Of a stretch of 64,000 bases of DNA, positions 44,682 through 55,534 are shown one piece after another (position 1 is the stretch's first letter; every line of letters begins with the position of its first letter). The translations under genes were made by a program, and so were the position numbers. This DNA comes from Acidobacteriota bacterium (GTDB taxonomy: Bacteria; Acidobacteriota; UBA6911), in NCBI GenBank assembly GCA_037444305.1, contig JBBIMP010000023.1:2798-66797 (forward strand). The letters run 5' to 3'. Below the pieces are notes generated by a model. It was given only the letters and a program-made list of their open reading frames with translations. It was not told the origin of the DNA and searched no databases.

Positions 44682-45791
44682 TCAGCCGAAGATGTCCTTG
44701 ACCTTATCGAAGATGGTCCGTTCCTGCGAGAGGTTGTCGTCCTTGCTCAGCTGGGCAAGCTTCTCAAAAAGCTGCCGCTGCTCCCGGGTAAGCTTGGTGG
44801 GAATCGCGACGTTCACCGTGACGAACTGGTCGCCGCGGCCGCGTTCGCCGAGGCTGACGATGCCCTTGTTGCGCAGCCGGAAGACCGATCCGCTCTGGGT
44901 GCCCTCCGGTATCCGGATCTTCTCTTCGCCTTCGAGGGTGGGCACGCTGATCTCGCCGCCCAGAACAGCCTGGGCGATCCCGATAGGAATCTGGCAGTAC
45001 AGGTTGTTCCCCTGCCTCTGAAAGAACGGGTGCTCCTCCACGAAAATGATGACGTAGAGGTCGCCCGTGGGCCCGCCGCCACGTCCCCCCTCCCCTTCGC
45101 CCTGTATCCGCAGCCTGGCGCCGTTGTCCACCCCGGCCGGGATCTTGACCTCGAGCGTTTTCTCCTTGCGTACCAGTCCGCGGCCGGAGCAGGTTTGGCA
45201 GGGATCTTTGATGATCCGCCCGGCACCGCCGCACTGCCCGCAGGTCCGGCTGATGGAGAAGAATCCCTGCTGGTACCGGACCTGGCCGGCTCCGTGGCAC
45301 GAAGGGCAGTTGACCGGGCTCTTGCCCTTGGCCGCCCCGATCCCGCCGCAATCTTCGCACCGGTCCTGCCGCGGGATCTTGATCTTGGTCTTGAGTCCGA
45401 ATGCCGCCTCGCGGAAAGAGATCTTCAGATCGTACCGGAGATCGGCCCCCCGTTCCGGTCCGCCCCGCCTCCGGGCGCCGAAGATGTCGCCGAAACCGAA
45501 CAGGTCGCCCAGTATGTCGCCGAAATCGCCGAACGTGGCCGGGTCGAATCCGCTGAAGCCCCCCTGCACGCCGCTGTGCCCGAACCTGTCGTAGCGGGCC
45601 CTCCTGTCGGCATCGCTGAGCACGCTGTAGGCTTCGGCGGCCTCCTTGAAACTTTCTTCGGCCGTCTTGTCGTTGGGGTTTTTGTCCGGGTGGTACTTCA
45701 CCGCCATCTTGCGGTAAGCGCTCTTTATTTCCTGCTCGGAAGCGTCGCGTGACAGCCCGAGCACTTCATAATAATCTCTCTTACGGTTCAA
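44682..45791 (-). CDS. dnaJ: Molecular chaperone DnaJ
   Basis: A J-domain with HPD (YHPDKN), a G/F-rich region, and four CxxCxGxG zinc repeats. TTG start. Confidence 0.9.
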   Translation of the reverse strand: MNRKRDYYEVLGLSRDASEQEIKSAYRKMAVKYHPDKNPNDKTAEESFKEAAEAYSVLSDADRRARYDRFGHSGVQGGFSGFDPATFGDFGDILGDLFGFGDIFGARRRGGPERGADLRYDLKISFREAAFGLKTKIKIPRQDRCEDCGGIGAAKGKSPVNCPSCHGAGQVRYQQGFFSISRTCGQCGGAGRIIKDPCQTCSGRGLVRKEKTLEVKIPAGVDNGARLRIQGEGEGGRGGGPTGDLYVIIFVEEHPFFQRQGNNLYCQIPIGIAQAVLGGEISVPTLEGEEKIRIPEGTQSGSVFRLRNKGIVSLGERGRGDQFVTVNVAIPTKLTREQRQLFEKLAQLSKDDNLSQERTIFDKVKDIFG

Positions 45792-45880
45792 GCGAATACT
45801 CCGAATGCCAGTTAGCTGTTGGCGGCGATGGCCAGGCCCGCTTGAGCGCGGAATCGCCGGTTCCGTCCATGGCTGCCGGC

Positions 45881-47803
45881 CTACTCCGGTTTGGGCGTCT
45901 GGGTGCCTTTGAATGCCGCCCTGAAGAGCCGCTGCATGTCGGCCTCCAGGTTTTCCTCGTTCTCAGCGGATCCCGCGGCATTTCCCGCCTCCCCTTCCGG
46001 GGCGGCGAACATCGTGGCCGCGATTTTCGCGGCCCCGCTCTCCAGCCGGCGCATCAGGTCCCGGAGAAACTCGATGTTGTCCTCCTCGGGCGCCAGCGAG
46101 CGGCCGGCCTGGATGACTTCGCGGATGGCATCCTGGTCTGCCTGCTCGAGCATCCAGCCGAACTCTGCATAGCTCTTGGCCACGTAGGTGGCGTGACTCT
46201 TGATCCGGTTCCGGAGCTCCGTCGTCTCCCGCACCCTGCGGTCGGTCTCCAGGGACTGCTTCGCCTCCAGGATCATCCGGTCGATCTCCTCCCTGCTCAA
46301 CCCCGTGGACGGTGTGATCTTGATGGCTTGTTCCTTGCCCGACACTTTGTCCTTTGCCGAGACGTTCACGATGCCGTTGGCGTCGATGTCGAATGTCACC
46401 TCGATCTGCGGCACGCCCCTCGGCGCGGGAGCTATGCCCACGAGGTCGAACCGGGCCAGGGAGCGGTTGTACCTTGCGAGTTCCCGCTCGCCCTGCAGAA
46501 CATGCACCTCGACCGTGCTTTGGTTGTCTGCCACGGTCGTGAAGACGGTGGTCTTCTTGAGAGGGATGGTCGAGTTGTGCTCGATAATCCGGGCAAACAG
46601 CCCCCCCTGCGTCTCCACGCCGAGGGTCAGAGGCAGGACGTCCAGCAGCACGATCTCCTTGAGCTCACCGTCCAGCACCCCGCCCTGCAGGGCAGCGCCC
46701 ACCGCCACGACCTCGTCGGGATTGACTTCGGAGGAGGGATTTTTCCCGAAAATGCCCTCCACGTGACGCTGCACGGCCGGTGTCCTCGTCTGGCCGCCCA
46801 CGAGGATGATCTTATCGACATCCGCCGCCTTCAACCCGGCATCCTTGAGCGCCTTTTCGCAGTATGCCGTGGTTCGAGCGATCAGGTCCCCGACGAGCTC
46901 CTCGAACTTAGCGCGGGACAGGACCTTGTCAAAGTGCTTCGGGCCCTTTTCATCGCTGGCGATAAACGGCAGGTTGATGTGGGACTCGAGCGAGGCCGAG
47001 AGTTCGCACTTGGCTTTTTCGGCCGTTTCCTTCAAGCGTTGCCGTGCCAGCACATCGCTGGCGAGATGGATCCCGGATTCGGCGCGGAATTCCTCGATCA
47101 TCCAGTCCATGATTCTCTGGTCGAAGTCCTCGCCGCCCAGGAAGCTGTCGCCGCAGGTGGAGAGAACCTCGAAAACACCGTTGTTCAGTTCCAGGATCGA
47201 GATGTCGAACGTGCCTCCGCCCAGGTCGAAGATCGCGACCTTCTCGCGCTCCTTTTTGCCCAGACCGTAGGCCAGCGCGGCTGCCGTCGGCTCGTTGATT
47301 ATCCTGCGGACCTCTAGACCTGCGATGCGGCCCGCATCCTTGGTGGCCTGGCGCTGCGAGTCGTCGAAGTATGCCGGAACGGTGATGATGGCTTCGGTGA
47401 TGGGGCCGTGGGTGAACTCCTCCGCCATCGCCTTCAGGTATTGCAGCAGCATGGCGGACACTTCCGGCGGGCTGTATTCCCTCCCCCGGAGGGTCACCCG
47501 GACATCTCCGTTTTCCGCTCCCGTCAGGCCGTAGCTGACGTAGGCTTTGAGGCGTTGCACCTCCTCTGAGTCGTAGCGCCTTCCCATCAGGCGTTTCACG
47601 GCATACACCGTGTTGGCCGCGTTGGTGACCCCCTGCCGCTTGGCGATCTGCCCGAGGAGCTTCTCCCCTCTTTCGGTGAAGGCGACAATGGAGGGCGTGG
47701 TCCGCCCTCCCAGGTTGTTCGGCACGATCTCCACCGAGGTGCCTTCCAGGATCGCGACGCACGAGTTCGTTGTTCCGAGATCAATTCCGATGATCCTGCC
47801 CAT
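45881..47803 (-). CDS. dnaK: Molecular chaperone DnaK (Hsp70)
   Basis: IGIDLGTTNSCVA, DLGGGTFD, and the full Hsp70 architecture. Confidence 0.95.
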   Translation of the reverse strand: MGRIIGIDLGTTNSCVAILEGTSVEIVPNNLGGRTTPSIVAFTERGEKLLGQIAKRQGVTNAANTVYAVKRLMGRRYDSEEVQRLKAYVSYGLTGAENGDVRVTLRGREYSPPEVSAMLLQYLKAMAEEFTHGPITEAIITVPAYFDDSQRQATKDAGRIAGLEVRRIINEPTAAALAYGLGKKEREKVAIFDLGGGTFDISILELNNGVFEVLSTCGDSFLGGEDFDQRIMDWMIEEFRAESGIHLASDVLARQRLKETAEKAKCELSASLESHINLPFIASDEKGPKHFDKVLSRAKFEELVGDLIARTTAYCEKALKDAGLKAADVDKIILVGGQTRTPAVQRHVEGIFGKNPSSEVNPDEVVAVGAALQGGVLDGELKEIVLLDVLPLTLGVETQGGLFARIIEHNSTIPLKKTTVFTTVADNQSTVEVHVLQGERELARYNRSLARFDLVGIAPAPRGVPQIEVTFDIDANGIVNVSAKDKVSGKEQAIKITPSTGLSREEIDRMILEAKQSLETDRRVRETTELRNRIKSHATYVAKSYAEFGWMLEQADQDAIREVIQAGRSLAPEEDNIEFLRDLMRRLESGAAKIAATMFAAPEGEAGNAAGSAENEENLEADMQRLFRAAFKGTQTPKPE

Positions 47804-47809
47804 AGCTTC

Positions 47810-48421
47810 CTAGTTTTCCGTGTCTTCACCCTGGGGATGGGTGGCGACGATTACCTGGACCGGTCGAAGAAGTCGATCTTTGTAAAGATACCCTCGACGC
47901 AGTTCTCTGATGACGGTGTTTTCCTCGTATTCCGAGTTTTCCTCGCGGATGAGGGCTTCGTGGAGGTGCGGGTCGAATGCCTGGCCGGCGGCCTCGATGC
48001 GCACCACTCCCGCCTGGGCCAGAATGTTGCTCAGCTTCTTGCTCAGCAGCTCGACGCCTTCCCGAAAGGAGTCGAGCCCCGGCGAATCGCCCTGGGCATC
48101 GCCAAAGCTCTCCATGGCGCGCTCGAAGGCATCCACCAGCGGCAGGAATTCACGCAATACCCCGATTTTCGCCTGGACGGCGGATTCGCCCCGCTCCCGC
48201 TCCATGCGCTTGCGGTAATTCTCCATTTCGGCGGCTTTGCGGAGGAATCGGTCTTGCCACTCTTTGGCCTCAGTTTTCACTGCCGCCAGATCCGCCTCCA
48301 GCCGGACGGCCGCGTCCGCCGGGGCGGTTTCCCCGCCGATTTCCGTTTCCGGAGCGGACGCCGACGCTTCCTCCTGGCCCGCAAGATCTTCCGCAGAATT
48401 CTCGTAGGTTTTCTCTGTCAT
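47810..48421 (-). CDS. grpE: Nucleotide exchange factor GrpE
   Basis: A GrpE coiled-coil (RKAAEMENYRKR) followed by the beta domain. Confidence 0.9.
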   Translation of the reverse strand: MTEKTYENSAEDLAGQEEASASAPETEIGGETAPADAAVRLEADLAAVKTEAKEWQDRFLRKAAEMENYRKRMERERGESAVQAKIGVLREFLPLVDAFERAMESFGDAQGDSPGLDSFREGVELLSKKLSNILAQAGVVRIEAAGQAFDPHLHEALIREENSEYEENTVIRELRRGYLYKDRLLRPVQVIVATHPQGEDTEN

Positions 48422-49488
48422 TCCTTCTTTCCCTGGTTTGCCAGGATTCGACTGAAAAGGCCCGCGACGTATTCGACGAGGGAAATTGCCCGGGCATACT
48501 CCATCCGTGTAGGTCCCAGGATTCCCAGAGAGCCGTGCGTAGCCTCATCGACCGAAAACCGCGAGGTGATCAGGGTGCAGTCCTCGATCCCCGGAAGCGC
48601 GTTTTCGGTTCCGATGGTGATTCGTACCTCCTGGGTGTCCTCCTGGATGCACTCTGATATCAACATTGCCAGCTTGCTCTTCTGCTCTATGGTTTCGAAG
48701 AGCGCCCTCATCCTCGTAATATCGGAGAATTCGGGATTCCGGATTAGATTTGACGCTCCCTCCACGTATACCTCGGCCGCGGCGTCATCCGCGGCATCGG
48801 CGAACGTCTGCGTGCTGAGAATGATGACACGCTGCAGAAAGCGGTCGTAAAGGGCCTTTTCCTCCTGGATCATGCGGCAGATCAGCGCCCTGATCTCCAT
48901 GAGAGTACGGTCCTTGAAGTGCTCCGTGATGTACCGGCCGGCCTGCTGGAGGTCGGTTGCGGAAAAATCCGCCGCCGGCCGGATGATCCGGTTCTGCACG
49001 ATCCCGGAGCGGGATACCAGGATGACCAGTATCCTGTTGTCGGTCAACCCGACGAACTGGATGTGCTGCAGCGCCACCCGGCTGAGCGGAGGCGAAACCA
49101 CAATGCCGAGGTTTTTCGACGCCGCGGATAGAACCTGGCTCGCCCGGGCCATCAGGTGTTCGGCACTGTCCTCGCTCGAGAGACTGAGCTCGATCCGATT
49201 CCGCTCGCCCGGCGGGATCTCGTGCCGATGCAGCATCGAGTCCACATAGAGGCGATACCCCTGGTCGGTCGGCACCCGGCCGGCCGAGGGATGGGGCTGC
49301 CTGAGGAATCCCATCTCCTCCAGATCCGCCATGATATTCCTCACCGTGGCCGGGCTCAGATGTTCCCGGCTGCGGCGGGCAATCCTCCTCGATCCGACAG
49401 GCTTGCCGGTCGCCACATAGGCGGAGATCGCGGACTGGAGTATTTCCCGGGCTCGATCGCTCAGTTTGAATCCCATATAGCTTTCCAT
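48418..49488 (-). CDS. hrcA: Heat-inducible transcription repressor HrcA
   Basis: An N-terminal winged HTH (LSDRAREILQSAISAYVATGKPVGSRRIA) and the HrcA C-terminal domain. It overlaps grpE by 4 nt. Confidence 0.85.
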   Translation of the reverse strand: MESYMGFKLSDRAREILQSAISAYVATGKPVGSRRIARRSREHLSPATVRNIMADLEEMGFLRQPHPSAGRVPTDQGYRLYVDSMLHRHEIPPGERNRIELSLSSEDSAEHLMARASQVLSAASKNLGIVVSPPLSRVALQHIQFVGLTDNRILVILVSRSGIVQNRIIRPAADFSATDLQQAGRYITEHFKDRTLMEIRALICRMIQEEKALYDRFLQRVIILSTQTFADAADDAAAEVYVEGASNLIRNPEFSDITRMRALFETIEQKSKLAMLISECIQEDTQEVRITIGTENALPGIEDCTLITSRFSVDEATHGSLGILGPTRMEYARAISLVEYVAGLFSRILANQGKKE

Positions 49489-49508
49489 GCATCCGCCAGT
49501 GGAGAAAA

Positions 49509-49537
49509 ATATTATTAGAAAACTGGCCGCAAGTCAA
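49509..49537 (-). promoter_or_regulatory. Sigma-70-like promoter: TTGACT, 17-nt spacer, TAATAT, for the hrcA operon
   Basis: On the minus strand, -35 is at 49532-49537 and -10 at 49509-49514, ~20 nt upstream of the hrcA ATG. I find no CIRCE inverted repeat. Confidence 0.45.
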
Positions 49538-49579
49538 AGCCGATCAACCTTTTATGGAGATTCCAAAACCCGCGCAGTC

Positions 49580-50569
49580 TCAGAATTGGAACTCGGTCCC
49601 GATTCCCCGCTTTACCGCCTCGTCGAACACCACTCGGGCGGCCGACATGTCCTGGATGGCCAGGCCGACCGACTTGAAGACCGTGATCTCCTCCGGTGAT
49701 GTCCGTCCGGCCACCCGCCCCAGGATGACGTCCCCAAGGCTTCCTGCTACGCGATCCCACGACCATTCCCCGTCGTTTGCGGGGATGATGAGGTCGCCCG
49801 CTTCCACCTTGCAGGCATCCACGTGGTCGCAGACGATACGGCTCCTCTGGACTGTCCTGGTGTCGATTTCCCTCATCGCCGGGGCGTGCGCGCCGATCCC
49901 GTTGATGTGGGCGCCCGGCTTGAGCCAGTCCGCGTCCATGATCGGCTGGGCGGCGCTGGTAGCCAGGATGACGATGTCGGCCTCCCGCGTCGCCGCCGCC
50001 GGGTCTTCGGCCAGTTCGACCGGCAATCCGATCTTCGATCCCACGGTTTCTGCAAAGCGTTTCCTGTCTTCGAGTGCGTCGAGAGAATAGACCATGAGCC
50101 CGGCCAGCGGCCGCGCCTCGTGCACGGCCAGGACCTGGGTGACTGCCTGGACGCCGGTGCCGAACACGACCGCCGTCCGCGCATCCTCCCGGGCCATGAA
50201 CCGGGTGGCCACGCCGCTGACCGCTCCCGTGCGCATGGCGGTCAGGAATCCTCCATCCATCAGCGCCGCCGGGAACCCGGTTTCCTCGTCGAGCAGGATG
50301 ATGGTCCCCAGGACCGCCGGCAAGCCCCGCTCCTTCACGTTGTTTTTGTAAACCGTGACGATCTTCGCGCCGAGCGCGCCCAGTCCGCTGATATAGGCGG
50401 GCATGAAAAGCGCCAGGCCCGATTTGTCCGGAACGGGAATCGGCGTGCGCTGCGGCATCACCGCCTTCCCGGAAGCCAGGTCGGCAAAAGCCTTCTCGGT
50501 CGCCTCCATGCACATCTTCATCGTGAAGAAGCTTTCGATGTCCTTTCGCGAAAGGAGCCTCGTTTTCAT
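49580..50569 (-). CDS. Ornithine cyclodeaminase / mu-crystallin family protein
   Basis: A Rossmann motif (VVFGTGVQA) and OCD family-wide similarity. Confidence 0.8.
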   Translation of the reverse strand: MKTRLLSRKDIESFFTMKMCMEATEKAFADLASGKAVMPQRTPIPVPDKSGLALFMPAYISGLGALGAKIVTVYKNNVKERGLPAVLGTIILLDEETGFPAALMDGGFLTAMRTGAVSGVATRFMAREDARTAVVFGTGVQAVTQVLAVHEARPLAGLMVYSLDALEDRKRFAETVGSKIGLPVELAEDPAAATREADIVILATSAAQPIMDADWLKPGAHINGIGAHAPAMREIDTRTVQRSRIVCDHVDACKVEAGDLIIPANDGEWSWDRVAGSLGDVILGRVAGRTSPEEITVFKSVGLAIQDMSAARVVFDEAVKRGIGTEFQF

Positions 50570-50604
50570 GACAACCTCCGGTATGACAACGGATAATGGG
50601 GGAG

Positions 50605-51807
50605 CTACTTGCCGACCATGGTCCCGGCCCGCTTCAGCATGAAGACCTCCAGCCGGTCGAATGCCTCGTTGAGCACGTCTTCCTGGGGCAGGAAGACCAC
50701 ACGCATGTGCCGCGTCCCTGGCCGTTGGCCGAAGCCGTCCCCGTGCACGACCACCACGCCGGTCTCCCGGATCAGGCCGGTGACGAACTCCCGGTCCGGC
50801 TCTTCGATGTGCAGCCGCGGAAAGGCGTAGAACGCGGCCGTCGGTCGGACGCAGGAAATGCCGGGAATGGAGTTCAACCTTTCGCTGGTGATGTCCCGGC
50901 GGCGGCGGAGCTTTTCCTTGACCTCGGCGAGGTGGGCCTGCGGTCCCTCGAGCGCAGGCTTCACGGCATACTGCAGCGGAGTGACGGCGCAGAGCCGCGC
51001 CCGCAGGAACTTGTTGATCGCGTCGACGTACCCGGAGAGAAGCGCCTTTCTGCCCGTGACGACCGCCCAGCCGATCCTGAAGCCAGGCACCAGGTAGGAC
51101 TTGGAGAGGCCGTTCATGGTGATGATCGGGGCCTCGTCGGACAGCGAGGCGATGGAGAGGCTCTCGTCCCCGTCCAGGACGAGCTTGTCATAAATCTCGT
51201 CCGCAAAGATCAGCAGGTTGTGCTCCAGACTCAGCTTGACGATTTCCTCCAACACCTCGCGCGAGTAGCGGGAGCCCGTAGGGTTGTTTGGGTTGATCAG
51301 CACGAGCGCGCGTGTGTTGGGGGTGATCTTCTGACGGATGTCGCCGACGTCCGGCTCCCAGTTGTTGTCCTCGTCCAGGAAGTAAGGCACGTTTTTCGCC
51401 TGCAGCTTCGAGAGCACTGCCGAGTAAAGGGGGTAACCGGGCGAAGGCGTCAGGACCTCCTTCCCCGGGTCCACCAGCGCGGTAAGGCAGAGCTCGATGC
51501 ATTCCGACACCCCCAGCGTTATGAACAGGTCGTGCCAATCGAAAATGCCCTTGCGCCTTGTCTCCGCGGCGATCGCGGCGCGGGCCTCCTCGATGCCCGA
51601 GGAAGGCGCGTATCCCGTGTGATTGTCCAGCATGGCCTTGTGGCAGGCCTCTATGATGTGTGCGGGCGTCTTGTAGTCGTACACCATTGGATCGCCGATG
51701 TTGAGGTAGAGCAGCTTCTTCCCGGCCGCCTTCGCCTCGTCGGCCACCTTGAGAATGTCGCGGATGGCATACTCGACCTTTTGGGTCCGTTCTGCAGGAT
51801 TGATCAT
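50605..51807 (-). CDS. PLP-dependent aminotransferase, class I (alanine-aminotransferase-like)
   Basis: NPNNPTG ... SKSY (Schiff-base Lys) ... GYAPSSG. Confidence 0.85.
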   Translation of the reverse strand: MINPAERTQKVEYAIRDILKVADEAKAAGKKLLYLNIGDPMVYDYKTPAHIIEACHKAMLDNHTGYAPSSGIEEARAAIAAETRRKGIFDWHDLFITLGVSECIELCLTALVDPGKEVLTPSPGYPLYSAVLSKLQAKNVPYFLDEDNNWEPDVGDIRQKITPNTRALVLINPNNPTGSRYSREVLEEIVKLSLEHNLLIFADEIYDKLVLDGDESLSIASLSDEAPIITMNGLSKSYLVPGFRIGWAVVTGRKALLSGYVDAINKFLRARLCAVTPLQYAVKPALEGPQAHLAEVKEKLRRRRDITSERLNSIPGISCVRPTAAFYAFPRLHIEEPDREFVTGLIRETGVVVVHGDGFGQRPGTRHMRVVFLPQEDVLNEAFDRLEVFMLKRAGTMVGK

Positions 51808-52014
51808 ATGAATCCCCTTTCGCTCGACGGCTTCATTCGCGGCTACGCCGCGGCCTTTGATTACAGGCCTAGAATGTAAGCTTTTACGGCGCCGAATTCA
51901 AACAGGGAAGCAAGGGAAGCGGAGGGAGGGTCGCGGGGAAAAAGGCCGGTCCCCAAGGTCTTCCGTGCGGCAGTTGCTGCCGCACGGAAGACCCTGAGGC
52001 GGACTGGCTACGCG

Positions 52015-53634
<1,620 letters not shown>

Positions 53635-53764
53635 CTCCGAAACTATTCTTGCAATTGTCTTTCATTGTACGTGATGATCCGGGGGTTGTTCCAAAGATAA
53701 TTGGGAACGCCATGAGGGCCCGCATTCTGCAGTATCTCGGGAAGACCGGGAGGCCGGTGCCGAT

Positions 53765-53820
53765 AAAGGGGGACAGGCTACCGTGTCCCTCTGGAGGGAC
53801 ACGGTAGCCTGTCCCCCTTT
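53765..53820. terminator. Perfect 26-bp-stem hairpin with a 4-nt loop, flanked by A-rich 5' and T-rich 3' sequence (a bidirectional intrinsic-terminator-like structure)
   Basis: AAAGGGGGACAGGCTACCGTGTCCCT-ctgg-AGGGACACGGTAGCCTGTCCCCCTTT, then TTTGATT. Confidence 0.6.
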
Positions 53821-53966
53821 TTGATTCTGCTTTACAACCCTCTGCCATTTGATTAACTTGGAGTCATAAACACAGGGGTTTCACCTGGAACCCTCTCGTG
53901 TCATTACCGCTGATGCCCAGGCCATCCCGGTCAGGGCCTCACCTTGCGACCTGAGGAGGAAGCAGC

Positions 53967-54611
53967 ATGACCCTGTCCCGCATTCGCAAAACGCAACTCC
54001 TGGTCGCTTCACTGCTGGCTCTTCTGCTCCCCGCCATCCTTCCTTCGCAGGAAACCGCCCAGGAACAGAAGTTCTTCGAAGTGGAGATCAAGGCGGACGA
54101 GATCTATTCCTACAAGCAACTGAAGTTCACCGGCGACTACACTTCCTTCGAATCCCCCGCCGGTTACCTGGCGCTGGGCCGCACCGAGAAAGGGGTCACG
54201 ATCCTCATCGTACTCGGCGGGGGCACAGTCACCATCACGTCCCCGGATGAGATGCAGGAGAATTTCGCCAAGGTCTTCCCGGCTCATCCGTTCAAAACGG
54301 CCTTCCAAACCCTGTACATGCGCCTCCACCCCCAGGATTTCGAAAACGCCTTCGCGGAGTTTCCCCTGACAAAGGCTCCCAACGAGGAAGCCCTGGCAAA
54401 AGCCAAACTCCTGTTCGAGGAGAGGTTCAGAACGTCCTATCACGCCGGGCACAGGGCGATGTTCCCGCCCGTCAAGACCCGCGTTATGGATTTTCAGACC
54501 GCGGCCATGGGGCTGATCACCACCGAAGAGGGCTACTGGTTGACGCTCCGAAGGCTGTCGCCCTGGGCCAGCGCCTACCCGAAGGGATTCGTCAACCCCA
54601 AGCAGAGATAG
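53967..54611 (+). CDS. Secreted hypothetical protein
   Basis: A signal peptide (LLVASLLALLLPAILPSQE). I recognise no motif. Confidence 0.45.
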   Translation: MTLSRIRKTQLLVASLLALLLPAILPSQETAQEQKFFEVEIKADEIYSYKQLKFTGDYTSFESPAGYLALGRTEKGVTILIVLGGGTVTITSPDEMQENFAKVFPAHPFKTAFQTLYMRLHPQDFENAFAEFPLTKAPNEEALAKAKLLFEERFRTSYHAGHRAMFPPVKTRVMDFQTAAMGLITTEEGYWLTLRRLSPWASAYPKGFVNPKQR

Positions 54612-54650
54612 CTGCCCGTCGCGCCTCCGCGACCGCGCCGCAAACCGGAA

Positions 54651-55370
54651 TCAGAAACCGCGCAGGACCTCGATGCCTCTTTCCGGGACCCCGATCCGCC
54701 TCAGGATCCCTTTATCGTCCACCCAGAGGTCTATCCTGACGGCTCCCGAGTAGAGCTGGAGGTGCTGAGCCTTGTAGCTCCGTGAGCCCTCCTGGATACT
54801 CGCCTTGCCCAGCGATTTCATCTCCAGCCGGCCCGAACTCCTCTCTTGTGGCACGACCACCTCGAAGTAGGCCGGCTTTCCCTTCCCGCCCGCAAGGTAG
54901 AGCCGCACGAGGAAGATGTAATGGTGGAAGAGGTTGGTATCCAGGACCGTGCAACGCTCACCCAGTAGCAGACCGGTCCGGGTGGATTCCTGCTCACCGC
55001 TGTACTCCAGGATTACCTGGTTCGGCGCAAATGCTGCCGAGATCCTCCCGGCCTTTCCGTCGACATCGGTCTGGAGGCTATAACTGCGCGGGTGATAGGA
55101 GCCATCCATTTCCAGCTTGCTTTCGATCCGGACCTTCTGCCCCCGGGCCCCGGGATTATCAAACTCCAGAATCGAGGTGCTGCTTGCCGCGTCCTTGGCG
55201 GAGAGAATGGCGAACTTTTCCAGCCCGATCTGCCGTCCGGCGAAAAAAATCCGGAATTCGCCCTCCTCCGTCGCGCTTCTCCTCTCGCGCGTTGCCGCGG
55301 ATGAAAGCAGAACCAAGGCTGCCAGCAGCAACGTTGCGCCCGCCGCGATTGACCGATATTTCCTCTTCAT
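54651..55370 (-). CDS. Secreted hypothetical protein
   Basis: An internal ATG ([26 protein letters not shown] signal peptide) inside ORF 54651..55598. The 5' extension upstream of it is GC-rich, non-protein-like sequence. Confidence 0.45.
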   Translation of the reverse strand: MKRKYRSIAAGATLLLAALVLLSSAATRERRSATEEGEFRIFFAGRQIGLEKFAILSAKDAASSTSILEFDNPGARGQKVRIESKLEMDGSYHPRSYSLQTDVDGKAGRISAAFAPNQVILEYSGEQESTRTGLLLGERCTVLDTNLFHHYIFLVRLYLAGGKGKPAYFEVVVPQERSSGRLEMKSLGKASIQEGSRSYKAQHLQLYSGAVRIDLWVDDKGILRRIGVPERGIEVLRGF

Positions 55371-55534
55371 GGCCGCTCCGTGCTGAATCCCGAAAGCATA
55401 GTACAGATGCCCCGGCGGAACCAGCAATGCCGCGCCCGGAGGGGGCAAACCATCCTTGCGCCTGCGCGCCAAGTAAGCGAGAATGGCAACCGGCTGCACC
55501 GGACTCAAAAACCGCACTTCTACGGGAGATTCGC

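Noticed and set aside
48418-49579. CIRCE element for HrcA
   Set aside because: I searched both strands of the hrcA upstream region and the whole window for TTAGCACTC or GAGTGCTAA half-sites. None was found, so I did not annotate one.
54782-55534. 5' extension of the glpX ORF (576 aa as listed). Similarly the 5' extensions of ORFs 54651..55598, 31899..32408, 32448..32972, 8887..10335, 10163..11647 and 11332..12414
   Set aside because: The extensions are GC-rich and non-protein-like, and overlap neighbouring genes. Internal ATG or GTG starts, with an RBS or translational coupling, give proteins of normal family length.
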